Shown here: in pieces, positions 52,811-64,000 of the stretch | Numbering within the stretch: the first letter of the stretch is position 1 | Layout of the letters: each line of letters begins with the position of its first letter | Position numbers and translations under genes: made by a program | Notes under the pieces: model-generated | Seen by the model: only the letters and a program-made list of their open reading frames with translations | The model's database searches: none | What the model was told of the DNA's origin: nothing | Assembly (NCBI GenBank): GCA_963693365.1 | Contig: CAVNZM010000009.1 | Coordinates: 9,281,408 to 9,345,407 of the forward strand | Direction: 5' to 3' | Origin: Amoebidium appalachense | Taxonomy: Eukaryota > Protista > Ichthyosporea | DNA: 64,000 nt

Positions 52811-55518
52811 ATGGCTGAATTCAGCCCGCCGGCGGATCTCATCCGCTGTGTGGAGGAGAGTTTAACCGTACGTGCTGTGAGAGAAACTTCGGAGGAATTG
52901 TACCAGCGTGCCGAAGCACTTAGGCGCTATGCACAAATTCAGTTTCTTGGAAACAATCCCGAGGAAACATTGAAGTCACTGCAGCAGGCGTCGCAGGGGA
53001 GTGTGTGTGGGCACCTTTTTCAAAGGCAGGAGCCTACCTACAGATGCAGAGGTATGGGCTAATGTTGCCTTTTTTCTTTCTTTTTTTTTTTTTTGGGTGG
53101 GGGGGGGGGGGGGGGGAAGGTAAAAGTAAGAGATTTGTTCTGCTAGATGGCAGTGCTAGTGCTAAAGACACAAGGGTTGGGTGTCATTCTGTAGGTGCAA
53201 CCAAACCACGTGATGCAGGGGGGAGGAACAGAGTTTGAAGGAAGTTAGCACGGAAAAGTTTGGACAGGGAAGGCTGTTGTGTTCTACGTGCATGGCCGTT
53301 GTTTAAGCTGCACGGTCATATTTTTTACCTGGTTTAAGATGAGATAAGGATCCCCCCCCCCCCCCCCCCCTGCCCCCCACCCTCTCCCGCCCACCCTCCG
53401 TCTCCCCTCCCTTCCCTTTTTTTATGTATGTTTGCAGGAAGGTGGTTTTCGAAGGAAGGGGGGTTTTACTTGAAAGGGATACTAGCGCGATCTTACGCAC
53501 GTGTGATGTGTTTGCGGGGGCAGGGAGGGAGGGGGGGGGGAGGGGGGATGAGAGGAGAGAGAGACGGTGAGGGCAAGATAGATCGTGAGATGGGCGTGGG
53601 GGGGGGGGGGGGGGGGGGTGAGGAGGAGGTAGACACCTGTGATAAGAGGAGATAAAAGCACGTCTATTAGGTACCCGCCTGAAAACTAATCAAGTTCCTT
53701 TGAGAAAAAAGCACCGTTTGACCCCCCCCCCCCATCCCCCCCCCCCCCCCCCCCCCCCTCTCCCCGCACCCCATCCCCGCAACTCACCCCCTCCCTCCCC
53801 CCCCCCCCCCCCCCCCTCTTCCCCCCCCCCCCCCCCCCCCCCCCCCCCGGCACGCCACCCCTGAAATTCGGGTACTAGGCCCCCCTGAGGTTGGGCTTTC
53901 TTATGATGCATTTTCTTTGTGCGTGCTCTGCAACTTCCCCATGGTGTTGTCCTTCGTGAATGTGTACTTACTTCACACTGTGTAGAGCTCTCTACCTACC
54001 CCCCATCCCCCCCCCCCCCCCCCCCTCCCCCCCCCCTTTCCCCCGTCCCCCCTCCCCCCCCCCCCGCTGTCTGAGTTGGAGAGTCGTATATACGCGGGCT
54101 AAGGGGTCGAAACTCAGACGCAATTGATGACTTGGGCCCTCCTTGAGGATGGGCTCTGCTTATGACGCATACTGTGCGCATGGCTGATGTTGCATACTTG
54201 AATGTTTGCCTTTGCATGTGTCCTTCGTGTATGCGTACTTCGTACCGTGTTCCGCATTCAAACCCCCCCCCACACACACACCAGCCCCTTGCCCCAGCCC
54301 TTCCCCATGCTTATCTGCCCCTCTTCAATAGGGCCTCTCTTTCTTCCCTTCCCTGTACCTTCCACACAAGCACTTGTCTTCCTAGAATTGTCATACTCTC
54401 TCCGTAACTGATTCATACTCTATTCCACTGCTTGCGTTCTCGCGCTGTGCTTTGTTGTTTCACGGACTATGATATTTGCCAGTGCCTAACTCTACGGTTA
54501 CGTTTTTCACAGATTGCGAGGCCGATGCTACGTGCGTATTTTGCTACCAATGTTTCCGTCAGAGTGAACATCGCCACCACAACTACTCCGTCGGGCGGTC
54601 AAATGGTGGGGGATATTGCGACTGTGGTGACAGGGAGGCATGGAAGCAACATTACGCATGTGCGCAACATGCAAGCTCGGATAATTCCAACCCAATAGAG
54701 TCCATTCCCCAGGACATCAGAGAGAGAGCGGAGAGATTTTTGCATGTTGTAATGGCATATTGCACAGATGTTTTGTCGAAGGCCGGGATGTACGGGCAGG
54801 CACCGGGGTGGCTTCAGGAGCACGCGCACAAGGATCACGCGTGCATTTTGTACAATGACGAAGATCACAACATGCAGGATGTGATAAGTTATTTGGCAAA
54901 GTACGCGAAGATGAAACTGGAGGAAGCCCAAAACTGGACGGAATTCGTCGATCGGTGGGGAATGGGTATCATCCTTGTGGGAACAACAAAGGATTGCAGC
55001 ACTATCGCGGCAAATCTGTTGAATGTGCGCCCGACACCACTCAGATCCCTCTCTGTTTCTGTTGTTCGCGTGCAGCATCACCTGGCGGTTTGCGTGCTTT
55101 TGCGATGGTTGAAAGAGATTGCGGATTTATCGGCGGGGTTGCGATCACTCATTTGCGCGGCGTTTTTGAAAGAGGTGAAACTGAGCGCTGGTAGCGATAT
55201 CGCGGTGGTGCCCGGGGAGCACAATGCGGGAAGGAGAAGACGGAGGAAAGAATTGAAAAACCCCCTGCAAATATTGCTTTTGTCGGAGCCGGATATGTGG
55301 AGGGGGGTTCGGGGAGGATTTGATGGCGCTGTATCTCAGTAGCATGTTGTTGGACCCCATTCACAAGCGGAATTTTGCTGAGGCGTATACGTCAAATTTC
55401 TACTTCATCCAGGTGGGTTCTTGTGTGCTACATGTGTATATTAATGTAACTTTTTTTTTTTCATCTCATCTCCCCCCCCCCCCCATTCCTTTTTGGTGGT
55501 GGTGGTGGTGGTGGTGGT

Positions 55519-55613
<95 letters not shown>

Positions 55614-55639
55614 TAGTGGTTAGTTTTTTTTTTTTTTTT

Positions 55640-55670
<31 letters not shown>

Positions 55671-56049
55671 CGCTAGCAAGGATGAGAAATTTGTGCATGC
55701 ACACCTACATTCCTGCCTGCCCGGGTTCGTGGGAGGGGGGAGAGGGGGGAGGGGTTGTGCAGGGTTTCATTTATGCATCACTGGATCTTAATCAATCATC
55801 GTGTGTGCAGGAGGCATTCATCTACAACACAGATCTGAAGGAGTCGAGTTCTGTGGTGTCACTGCCGGTTCAGTTTCTGTCTGTGCCGAGTGTGGTGGCT
55901 TATCTGAGTGAAAAGTACCACGTGCAGTGCATGATCCTCGACAGCATACGGGTCCGTGTGTGTGTACGTGTGTGTGGACGTGTGTGTGTGTGTGTGTGTG
56001 TGTGGAAGGGTGGGGAGGGAGGGCATGGGGATGGGAGGAGGAAAGGGGG

Positions 56050-56136
<87 letters not shown>

Positions 56137-56474
56137 GGGGGGAGGGAAGGGGGGGAGATGGGCGGGGGGAGGGGGGGGGGGGGGGGGTCCAGGTCGAGTG
56201 TTGCTCGAGTTACGTCATGTTTACTGCATATATCAAAAGGAAGATGAGCATAGGTCCATTTTGTGTTCGAAAAGAACAAGAAGCAGACGTATGCACCCAC
56301 ATTGAAATATGATGTGGCCGGGGAACAGGGAAGGGGTTTGTAGTGCACCATGCTGTAAGAAAGGCGGCAGGTATGCTGTGTGTTGTCAGTATGCACACGC
56401 GGGTGTTGTGATGGCTAGGTTCCGATATTGGTGTTCTTTTTTTTTTTGCCATCCCCCCGTCCCCCCCCCTCCCT

Positions 56475-56505
<31 letters not shown>

Positions 56506-57804
56506 CCTCTTTCTTCTTGTTTTTTCCCACCAGGGGGAAAGGGATGTTGTGATAATGTGTGCTTGTGTGGGTGTGTGGGTGGGCGAGTGGGTGGTGGGAG
56601 GAGAGGGGGGGGGAGGGAAGGGGGGAGGGGTAGATAACGTGATTGCCATTGCAGTCAAGAGCTCCTGGTGCTAACCTCACCTCCCCCCCCCCCCCCCCCC
56701 CCCCCCCCTGCCGCCCACACGCACACACACACTTTCCCGAATACTCCTTCCCCCCCTGCCCCCTCCATTACCTGTAGGAATTGCTGAAGCCCAAGCTGAC
56801 GGACGGGGAGTGGCCCATCGACTGTGACGAATCACCGGCCTCATACGGTACGTGATTTATCACCAATCATCATGTGTTTATCCCTGATAGCATGCATGTT
56901 TCTCTTGTTTGTGTGTAGGTGCTGTTTATGATACAATGTGAGGAGTGGTGGAAATATTTTTTGTTTTGATAGCACGAGTTTTTATTGATTGCTGTTACCC
57001 CGGCGCCTACGTTTTGCATGTGTAGCAATGACGTAGTTGGTCAAAGAACTTCCGGGGCTAGAGCATGTAGGTGGCATTTCTCTAGTAGTGGTTAGAGATA
57101 GAATGCCATGGCAGTATTTCAAGAGAGAAACGTTTAAGGGTGCCCCAGGTTGGTGTCTCGTAATTTGTTGCAACACGTGTTGTGATGGAATTTGTATTAA
57201 CATACTTCAGCTGTCTACTAGTAAAGCAAGTAGTGTGTTAGCTCACTGGAATTGATGAATCCATGTCTTAGGGAACCCAATCTTCCAATCAGCCATCAGC
57301 GTTTTCAGGTTTTAAAGGAGCCATTTTTTCTCAGGTATATTCTGACTTGAATCAACAATGGCACCATCTTTTTTTTAAGGCTTCAAATCGTTCAGTTGTG
57401 GGTATGCATCATGCATGGTTTTTGTCGGCTCAAGGGGGTTTTTGCTTGATGTGCGTGCATGTGTTTCTGACCCCCCCATCCCGAATTAGGCCGCTATTTG
57501 CAAATGCTGTTGGATGTCGAGTATGTGCTGCGCTGGCACCCCCTGGCCGCATGTACGTATCTGCTGTCCAAGCATATGCCTGCCCGCTGACAATATCCCC
57601 TCCCCATACACTTATTCCCCCCCCCCCCCCCCCCCCCCCCCCCTCCCTACCCCCCTCTCTGTTTTATGATGGGCTGTGTCCGTTTGTATGGGTATACTTC
57701 TTTGTTTGGTTTTTTGTGGGTTCCCCCCCCCCCCCCCCCCCCCCCCCCCCCTGCATGCCCGGTCCTTCTGGGGTCATGTTTGCTCCCTCACATGCTTTGC
57801 CCCC

Positions 57805-57835
<31 letters not shown>

Positions 57836-59661
57836 AAAAAAAAAAAAGAAAAAAGAAAGAAAACAAACACAAAAAAAATACAGAACAAAGAAAGTGGTGC
57901 CGATGTCACAAACACACAATCTGAGCACGCAATCATATGCACACACACGGCAATCCTGAACACCTACACACTCTTGATATTCATTCAGCCTCTTTTACGT
58001 TGCTACTAACCATTTTCTTTTATGTCACAGCGCAGGTCACCCGTGTGCTGAGGCAGGAGGTCTATGTGCTCCGTCAGGGTGTGCTCCCGCCAGACATGGA
58101 CAAGTTCATCACAGCCATGCTGAACTTCCTATGCTACTTCCAGGTAACACTCCCACGTCCCTCCTTCCCCCCCCCCCCCCCCCCCCCCGCCTTCAAAGCC
58201 GAAAACCATATCATTCACTTGTTGAAACCTTACCATTCGCTTACACCTATCCAACCCCCCCCCCCCTCCCCCCCCCCCCCCCCCCTCCCCCAACCCAACC
58301 CAACCAAACAATCCGGTCGGCTTCCTACAAAAACACACCCGGCTGTGCTGTGCATCCATACAGCATTCACAAGCCCCATGTTTATTTGTAAAAGGCAGTG
58401 CGCAAAATAATGCAAAAAAGCAAAACATCTGGGCTAGAGGCAAAACCGACGTTATACGAATGGGTAGGTGGATGTATGGGAGAGGGCCATAGGTGAAACA
58501 ATAGGCCATGCAGATGCCTACAGTTTGCGTCACACTGTGGGTAGACCTATGCTCTGACTTATTTCCCAATCCCACCATTACACTCTCTTTCCTCTCCGAA
58601 ATGCACATCGCCATCTTCAAGGTTCTCTTGTTTAGCAACTACAGTCTTCCCCTCCCCCATCCCCCCCCTCCCCTCTCTCACAGCACACATACACATACCT
58701 CACCAACCGCACCTTCTCTGGAAAAAAGTTACACAGGAGCCACAAGGCAATCGGACAAGAACATACACCAGCATTTACACATGCAGGCACCCATAAACCA
58801 CCCACGTACACATGGGTGGGCGTACACACACACTCAAATACACGCACACACACACACACACTCACATCCGCCCAACCACTCACTCATCCGCGAGCAACCT
58901 ATGTACCCACCCACCCACACACATATAACCACCCCAAACATATACTTACTCGGTCTTTCTCCCCCCCCCCCCTCTCTCTCTCTTCCCCCATGCAGGAAAT
59001 GAATCCCCAGGAGCGTAAAACAGGTGCACATGTGGAGTATGAAGACTATGAGGCCTGGATGGTGGCCTTCCAGTTCTATCACTACCTGGGCCTGTGTTTG
59101 CCCCTCTTCTGTGACCTCCTCTGCAAGTAATGTCCCCCCCCCCCTCACCCCCCCCCCCCCCCCCCCCCCCCCAAACGGCTCCACCTACCCGCCTGCTAGA
59201 TTACCTGGTCCCCGGTCCCCTCGTATGCATTCCTCTGACCGGTCGGCCTGTACACCTGCCTGGATGTGTACGATTCAATGCATCATTTCATACCCCCCCC
59301 CCCTCCTCCCCCCCAAACCTACCCACCCACCTAACCCCACACACAAATGTCTTAAAACTCACTCCTGCAACACGGCACCCAACCCACACCCAATATCCCT
59401 GTTATACACACATCAACTTACCCCCCCTTTTTTTTACTTTTTTCAGAGACCCAGACCTTTGCCTGTCAGCAGTACAACGTCAACTCCGCCATGTTCTCGA
59501 CACCCAACTGAGCAGGGCAGAAACTGAGCCCCTGGGCCCCAACTGGCCTAATGTTACCATAGTTAGTCACAGCGTGTTGGACGACCCTGTGTCCGTGCAC
59601 CTACCCCTGCATAGGACACTAATGGGTGTGTACATATTCTTCTCCCCCCCCCCTCCTCCCC

Positions 59662-59692
<31 letters not shown>

Positions 59693-60170
59693 GCGCGTAC
59701 GCACACACACACGCATGTGCCTACACGCACACGCGCATACACATACACACCCACGCATGGTGCACAAATGGGTCAGGCCAAGGGCAGGGACACGTACGTG
59801 TGACGCAGGCAAAAATACAACACAAGCACATTACATATGGGTTGTCTTTATCTGGTGTGTGCATGTATGGAGTGCAATTTGGTATTAATGTGCGTAAATG
59901 GGTTCGTTTGTCTAGTTGTGTACCGCCGAGCCTATGCACGTCGGCTGTATGTTTTCTCAAAGTGTATCTACAAGATTATCTCGGCACAGCTTTCGATTGC
60001 AGGCCTGTGTACAAAATATGCTGAGCAGTCGTAGTTCCTGTCGTATGCCATTCAGGCTCACACAGTAGAGCAAACACCTCCCGCTTTATATACCCACACA
60101 CATGCACACCCCCACCTCACACACACCCCCTACCCACCCCCTTCCACTCCCCTTCCCCTGCCCCCCCCCT

Positions 60171-60202
<32 letters not shown>

Positions 60203-60988
60203 ACACACACACATCCACAGAAACCCTCCTCCGTCTGCACAGTCTGGACCGTGAAGCAGCCCTTCTTGGCATTGTTCCCCCCAGTGACCTACCCATACTC
60301 CTTGAGGGCCCACTGCGCATTATGGTCTTTCTGGCTCAGCTGCAGGCAAACATGTGGGTCAGAAACGGTGACACAGTCAGAAACATCGTACGCAATCTCC
60401 CCCCCCCCCCCCCCCCCCCCCCCCAACATCGAACGCAATCCTCCCCCCCCCCCCCCCCCCCGGGCGATTCCCTTCTTCCCCTTTCCCACATCGTTCTTTT
60501 TCTCCTGATTATTCCCCCCTCCCCCCTTGCCTTCTCCCCCCCCCCCCCCCCCCCCCCCCCCCTCTTCCCCCCCTCCCCCCCCAACACACACGCACACACG
60601 TCCCCACCATGAATGTGTAATTCGTAACCTGGAATGTATGCCCCCCCCCCCCCCCCCCCCCCCCCCTCCCCCCTCCCCCTCCCCCTTCTACCTCGATGAT
60701 GAAGTTAGATGAAACAATAGGGGCTATTGTTGTGAAAAGCCCCATGTTATTCCGACGATTAATACTAATATCAACAGCCTCAAAAGGCTCTTCGCCAACA
60801 ACACTCATTCCATACGAAACCATGCCAGAACCAACATAGCCCAACTAATGCCCTCTCTGTTTTTCACACACCTGCACAAACCCGCAAGCTCACTCACAAC
60901 TAACCCCCCCCCCCCCCCCCCCCCACCACCACCACCACCACTTCCCCCCCCTTTCCCCTTTCCAAAAGCTCACCGTCCCCATTCCCCC

Positions 60989-61026
<38 letters not shown>

Positions 61027-61377
61027 CCTCCTCCTTCCCTTTTTTGTCTTCCTTTTTTCCCCCCTCTTTTTCAGGTACACAACTACGTAGGGCCCCGCTA
61101 TGCCGAGATCACCTACGACCTAGACCTGATGCTGCTGCAGTTTGGGCTGGCCCAGATGGACCCAAAGTGCTCTATGGCCCTGTTGATAAGGAAATACGGT
61201 CTGGATGACTGGCTGGAGCAGAAACTGGTACGCGAAACCCCCCCGATCCGTGTTTTCCTGTGTTATTCGTTGTGAATTTTCCTTTCATGGTTGCTAGATG
61301 GACACGGAGTGCTCTATGGCCCTATTGATAAGGAAATACGGTCTGGATGACTGGCTGGAACAGAAACTTTTACGTGA

Positions 61378-61411
<34 letters not shown>

Positions 61412-61580
61412 CAATTCGTGTTCGTGGTCTAATCGTGAATGTTCGAATTTTCCTTTCGTGGTTGCTGGACCAGAAATTCGTGCAATATAAAACCCTCCAT
61501 TTCTTTTTTTTTGTGTGTGTGTTTAAATCGTCGTGAATTTTCAGTGTTTACTTTCGTGGTTGCTACCTACTCATGCATAC

Positions 61581-61614
<34 letters not shown>

Positions 61615-62831
61615 CTCCTTCCCTCTCCCTCCCTCCCTCCCTTAAGGATTGGCTCTACTTTTGATGCATATTCCTTGTGTGCTTTGCATAAGGTGCATTG
61701 TGTTGTCCGTCAGGAATGTGTACTTGTTGCTCCGTAAAGCAATTCAGGCCCCCCAGCCTGCCCCCCTCCCCCCCCAACCCCCACCCCCCCTCTTCTTCTC
61801 TCCTCTTCTCCGTTCCCTCTTCCATCTCTTCGGCCTGCCGGTCTCTAATCTTTGGGGCTGTAATGTGGGTGTATGAACTGACATCACTTGTAACCTCGCA
61901 GGATCGACCAGCAATGGACGGGGCCCACAAGAGGTGAGCCACTGTGTGCACTGTGCTCAGTTGCATGCGGTTTTGCTCTTTACGGTTTGTTGTAATGCTA
62001 CCTGTAACCCAGACGATGGAGTTGAAAGAACCCCAACACATCTTTGCACTCCTTAGGGATTATTTGCCAACCCGTATGATGAAGTTTTTAATGCCTAATA
62101 TAAATGAATCAAATAATGTCATAATATCATAGGTACTAACGCGGAAAACACAATCTGCATTCCCGAGACTCCTATCCAACAACTTACATGTGGAAATTTC
62201 AAGTGCAATACATCCCCCATAAGCCAATATCCACCCATCCACTCTATCATGTTTCACACATATCTCATGCCATATACACTATGGAATTCACAGACAAATA
62301 TCTCACGCCATATACATCATAAAATTTCACAAGCATTAATCTCATGCATGTCATACACTATTTAATTTCACACACGGATATCTCACGCTATATACACTAT
62401 GAAATTCAGCAAACATATATCACACAACAATATCTCACGCCATATATCCAGGCAAGTGGAGGAAGAGCAACACGTAGCCGTGCAGATAGCCGAGCAACTT
62501 CTACTCTTCATCGTGGCCCTAGTGTACGAGCGTACACCCGCCCTCAGGGGCATGCGCTCAGACACACATGCAGAGAGGGAGTGGGTGAGGAGGGATATGA
62601 TTCATCGACTGGCCATCCACCCATACACTTACAGCGCACTGGTGGCAAAGCTCAATTTTACGGTATTTTTCCTTTCCCAAACTCCTAGTGCCAAAAAAAA
62701 CTCTACTCCTAGTGCCAAAAACAAAAAAATAGCCGTGTTTTGTTCAAGTCCGATGTGTTAGTGTAGAGCCCCTCTGCTATTTCTTGGTTATCTCATCACA
62801 GCCTAATCTATATGTCGATAATAAACAGAGC

Positions 62832-62866
<35 letters not shown>

Positions 62867-63376
62867 ACCACCACCAAAAAGAAAAAGCATGATGTATGTT
62901 ACTGTATTTATACCCAAAGCAGCCACTACCACTGTTAGAAGAGTTACTGTTACTATCATCGACATGAGGTTGGTGAAGACAGAGAGAAGGAGAAAGGTTG
63001 GGGATCGATAGACAAGAGCAAGGTGGAAACAGGTGGAAACAGCTATTTGAGGCATACGGGACGTATATGTTTAATAGGCTCGAATGCTACCCACAGTGAT
63101 TATCCAGTGGCAGGGAGAGATCCGGGATGCCCCCCCCCCCCCCCCCCCCCCTCCCCCTCTCCCCAAAATCATTACACACATACACACACACACCACCTAT
63201 CCCTCCCCACCCTCCCCCCCCCCTCCCCCCCGTCCCCCCCCCCCCTCCGCCGGACACACACACACTGTCCACATATCAGTAATTTCTAATTAATGTTCCT
63301 CTCGCCTGCAGGCATCCGAACGAAGTGACCTCAATGACATTCTCCAATCCATCAGCACATCAACAGAGGCAGACGG
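52811..63376 (+). CDS. UBR1: N-end-rule E3 ubiquitin ligase, UBR1/UBR2-like (continues beyond the window)
   Basis: The UBR box is split over exons 52811-53051 ([15 protein letters not shown]) and 54513-55412 ([37 protein letters not shown]). Further motifs are a ClpS-like [22 protein letters not shown] (55811-55951), [12 protein letters not shown] (~58997-59126), VSVHLPLHR (59447-59624), MWVRNG (60221-60387), YDLDLMLLQ (61075-61227) and [18 protein letters not shown] (62452-62662). There is one apparent +1 frameshift at ~55310. Confidence 0.95.
62257..62448. repeat. Degenerate ~40-bp intronic minisatellite (~5 units) abutting a 3' splice site
   Basis: atatctcacgccatatacactatgaaattca-like units. 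Confidence 0.8.
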
Positions 63377-63383
63377 GTATGCA

Positions 63384-63446
<63 letters not shown>

Positions 63447-63611
63447 CCTCCCCCCCCCCCCCGTGTTATGGCCTTGTCCTATTCAGTGTGTTGCTTTCCT
63501 TTTTTCCCTCCCACCATCAAACACATACCCTCCGCCCCCTTCCCTCCCCCCCCCCCTCCCCCCCTACCCCCGCTCTCCAGGGCCCACGCAAACCAAACCT
63601 GTGGGTAGAGA

Positions 63612-63701
63612 ACACACGCACATATACCTGCATAGGCATACCAACACACGCACATATACCTGCATAGGCATGCCAACACACGCACATATACCTGCATAGG
63701 C
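63612..63701. repeat. 30-bp intronic tandem repeat, three copies
   Basis: acacacgcacatatacctgcataggcatRcca units. Confidence 0.9.
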
Positions 63702-64000
63702 CTGCAATGGGTAGACCACGTCTACACCCCTGCAGTGCACATGCACACGAGTCTCGCAAGCCATGCTAACTAGATGCTGCATGCGTACGCTGAAAACTGA
63801 GAGTAGACGTGCAATGAGTGGCACTGTGGCGCCGGTTATTTTGTTGCCCGTACCAACACGAGCCAATAATTTAGTCTACAAAATTTGACGTACCCTCACT
63901 CCTTGACCCATTGCTAGCAGTTCGTGGAAGCCAAAAGATCGAATATCACGTCACACAGCAGAGACAGCACATTTGCAATATGTTATGTTGGAAGGGGGGA

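Noticed and set aside
62257-63701. CRISPR-like arrays
   Set aside because: They are head-to-tail intronic minisatellites with no unique spacers and no cas genes, in a eukaryotic context.

Overview
This is intron-rich eukaryotic DNA whose introns and intergenic regions are saturated with (CA)n/(GT)n, (GA)n/(CT)n and poly-C/poly-G tracts, so most of the supplied ORF track is repeat noise. Manual splicing recovers five multi-exon genes: an RFX transcription factor (+, 5' end upstream or unresolved), an FCP1/NIF-like HAD phosphatase-domain gene (-), a secreted ricin-lectin/TSP1/mucin protein (+), FIP1 (-) and, head-to-head with it, a UBR1/2-type N-end-rule E3 ligase (+, running off the window). 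Between about 13.7 and 27 kb lies a decaying accessory block. It holds an intronless 7TM-RGS pseudogene, a C2H2-finger remnant, a Ty1/copia 3' end with an adjacent or nested hAT-type MITE (perfect 8-bp TSD), a Cys-rich secreted pseudogene and a 5'-truncated LINE. The gene content suggests a unicellular opisthokont such as an ichthyosporean, which is inference only. I found no clearly new multi-gene system. The best leads are the intron architecture (AG-free repeats between branch point and acceptor), the lectin-TSP1 adhesin and the 7TM-RGS. All coordinates were read by eye and may be off by a few bases.
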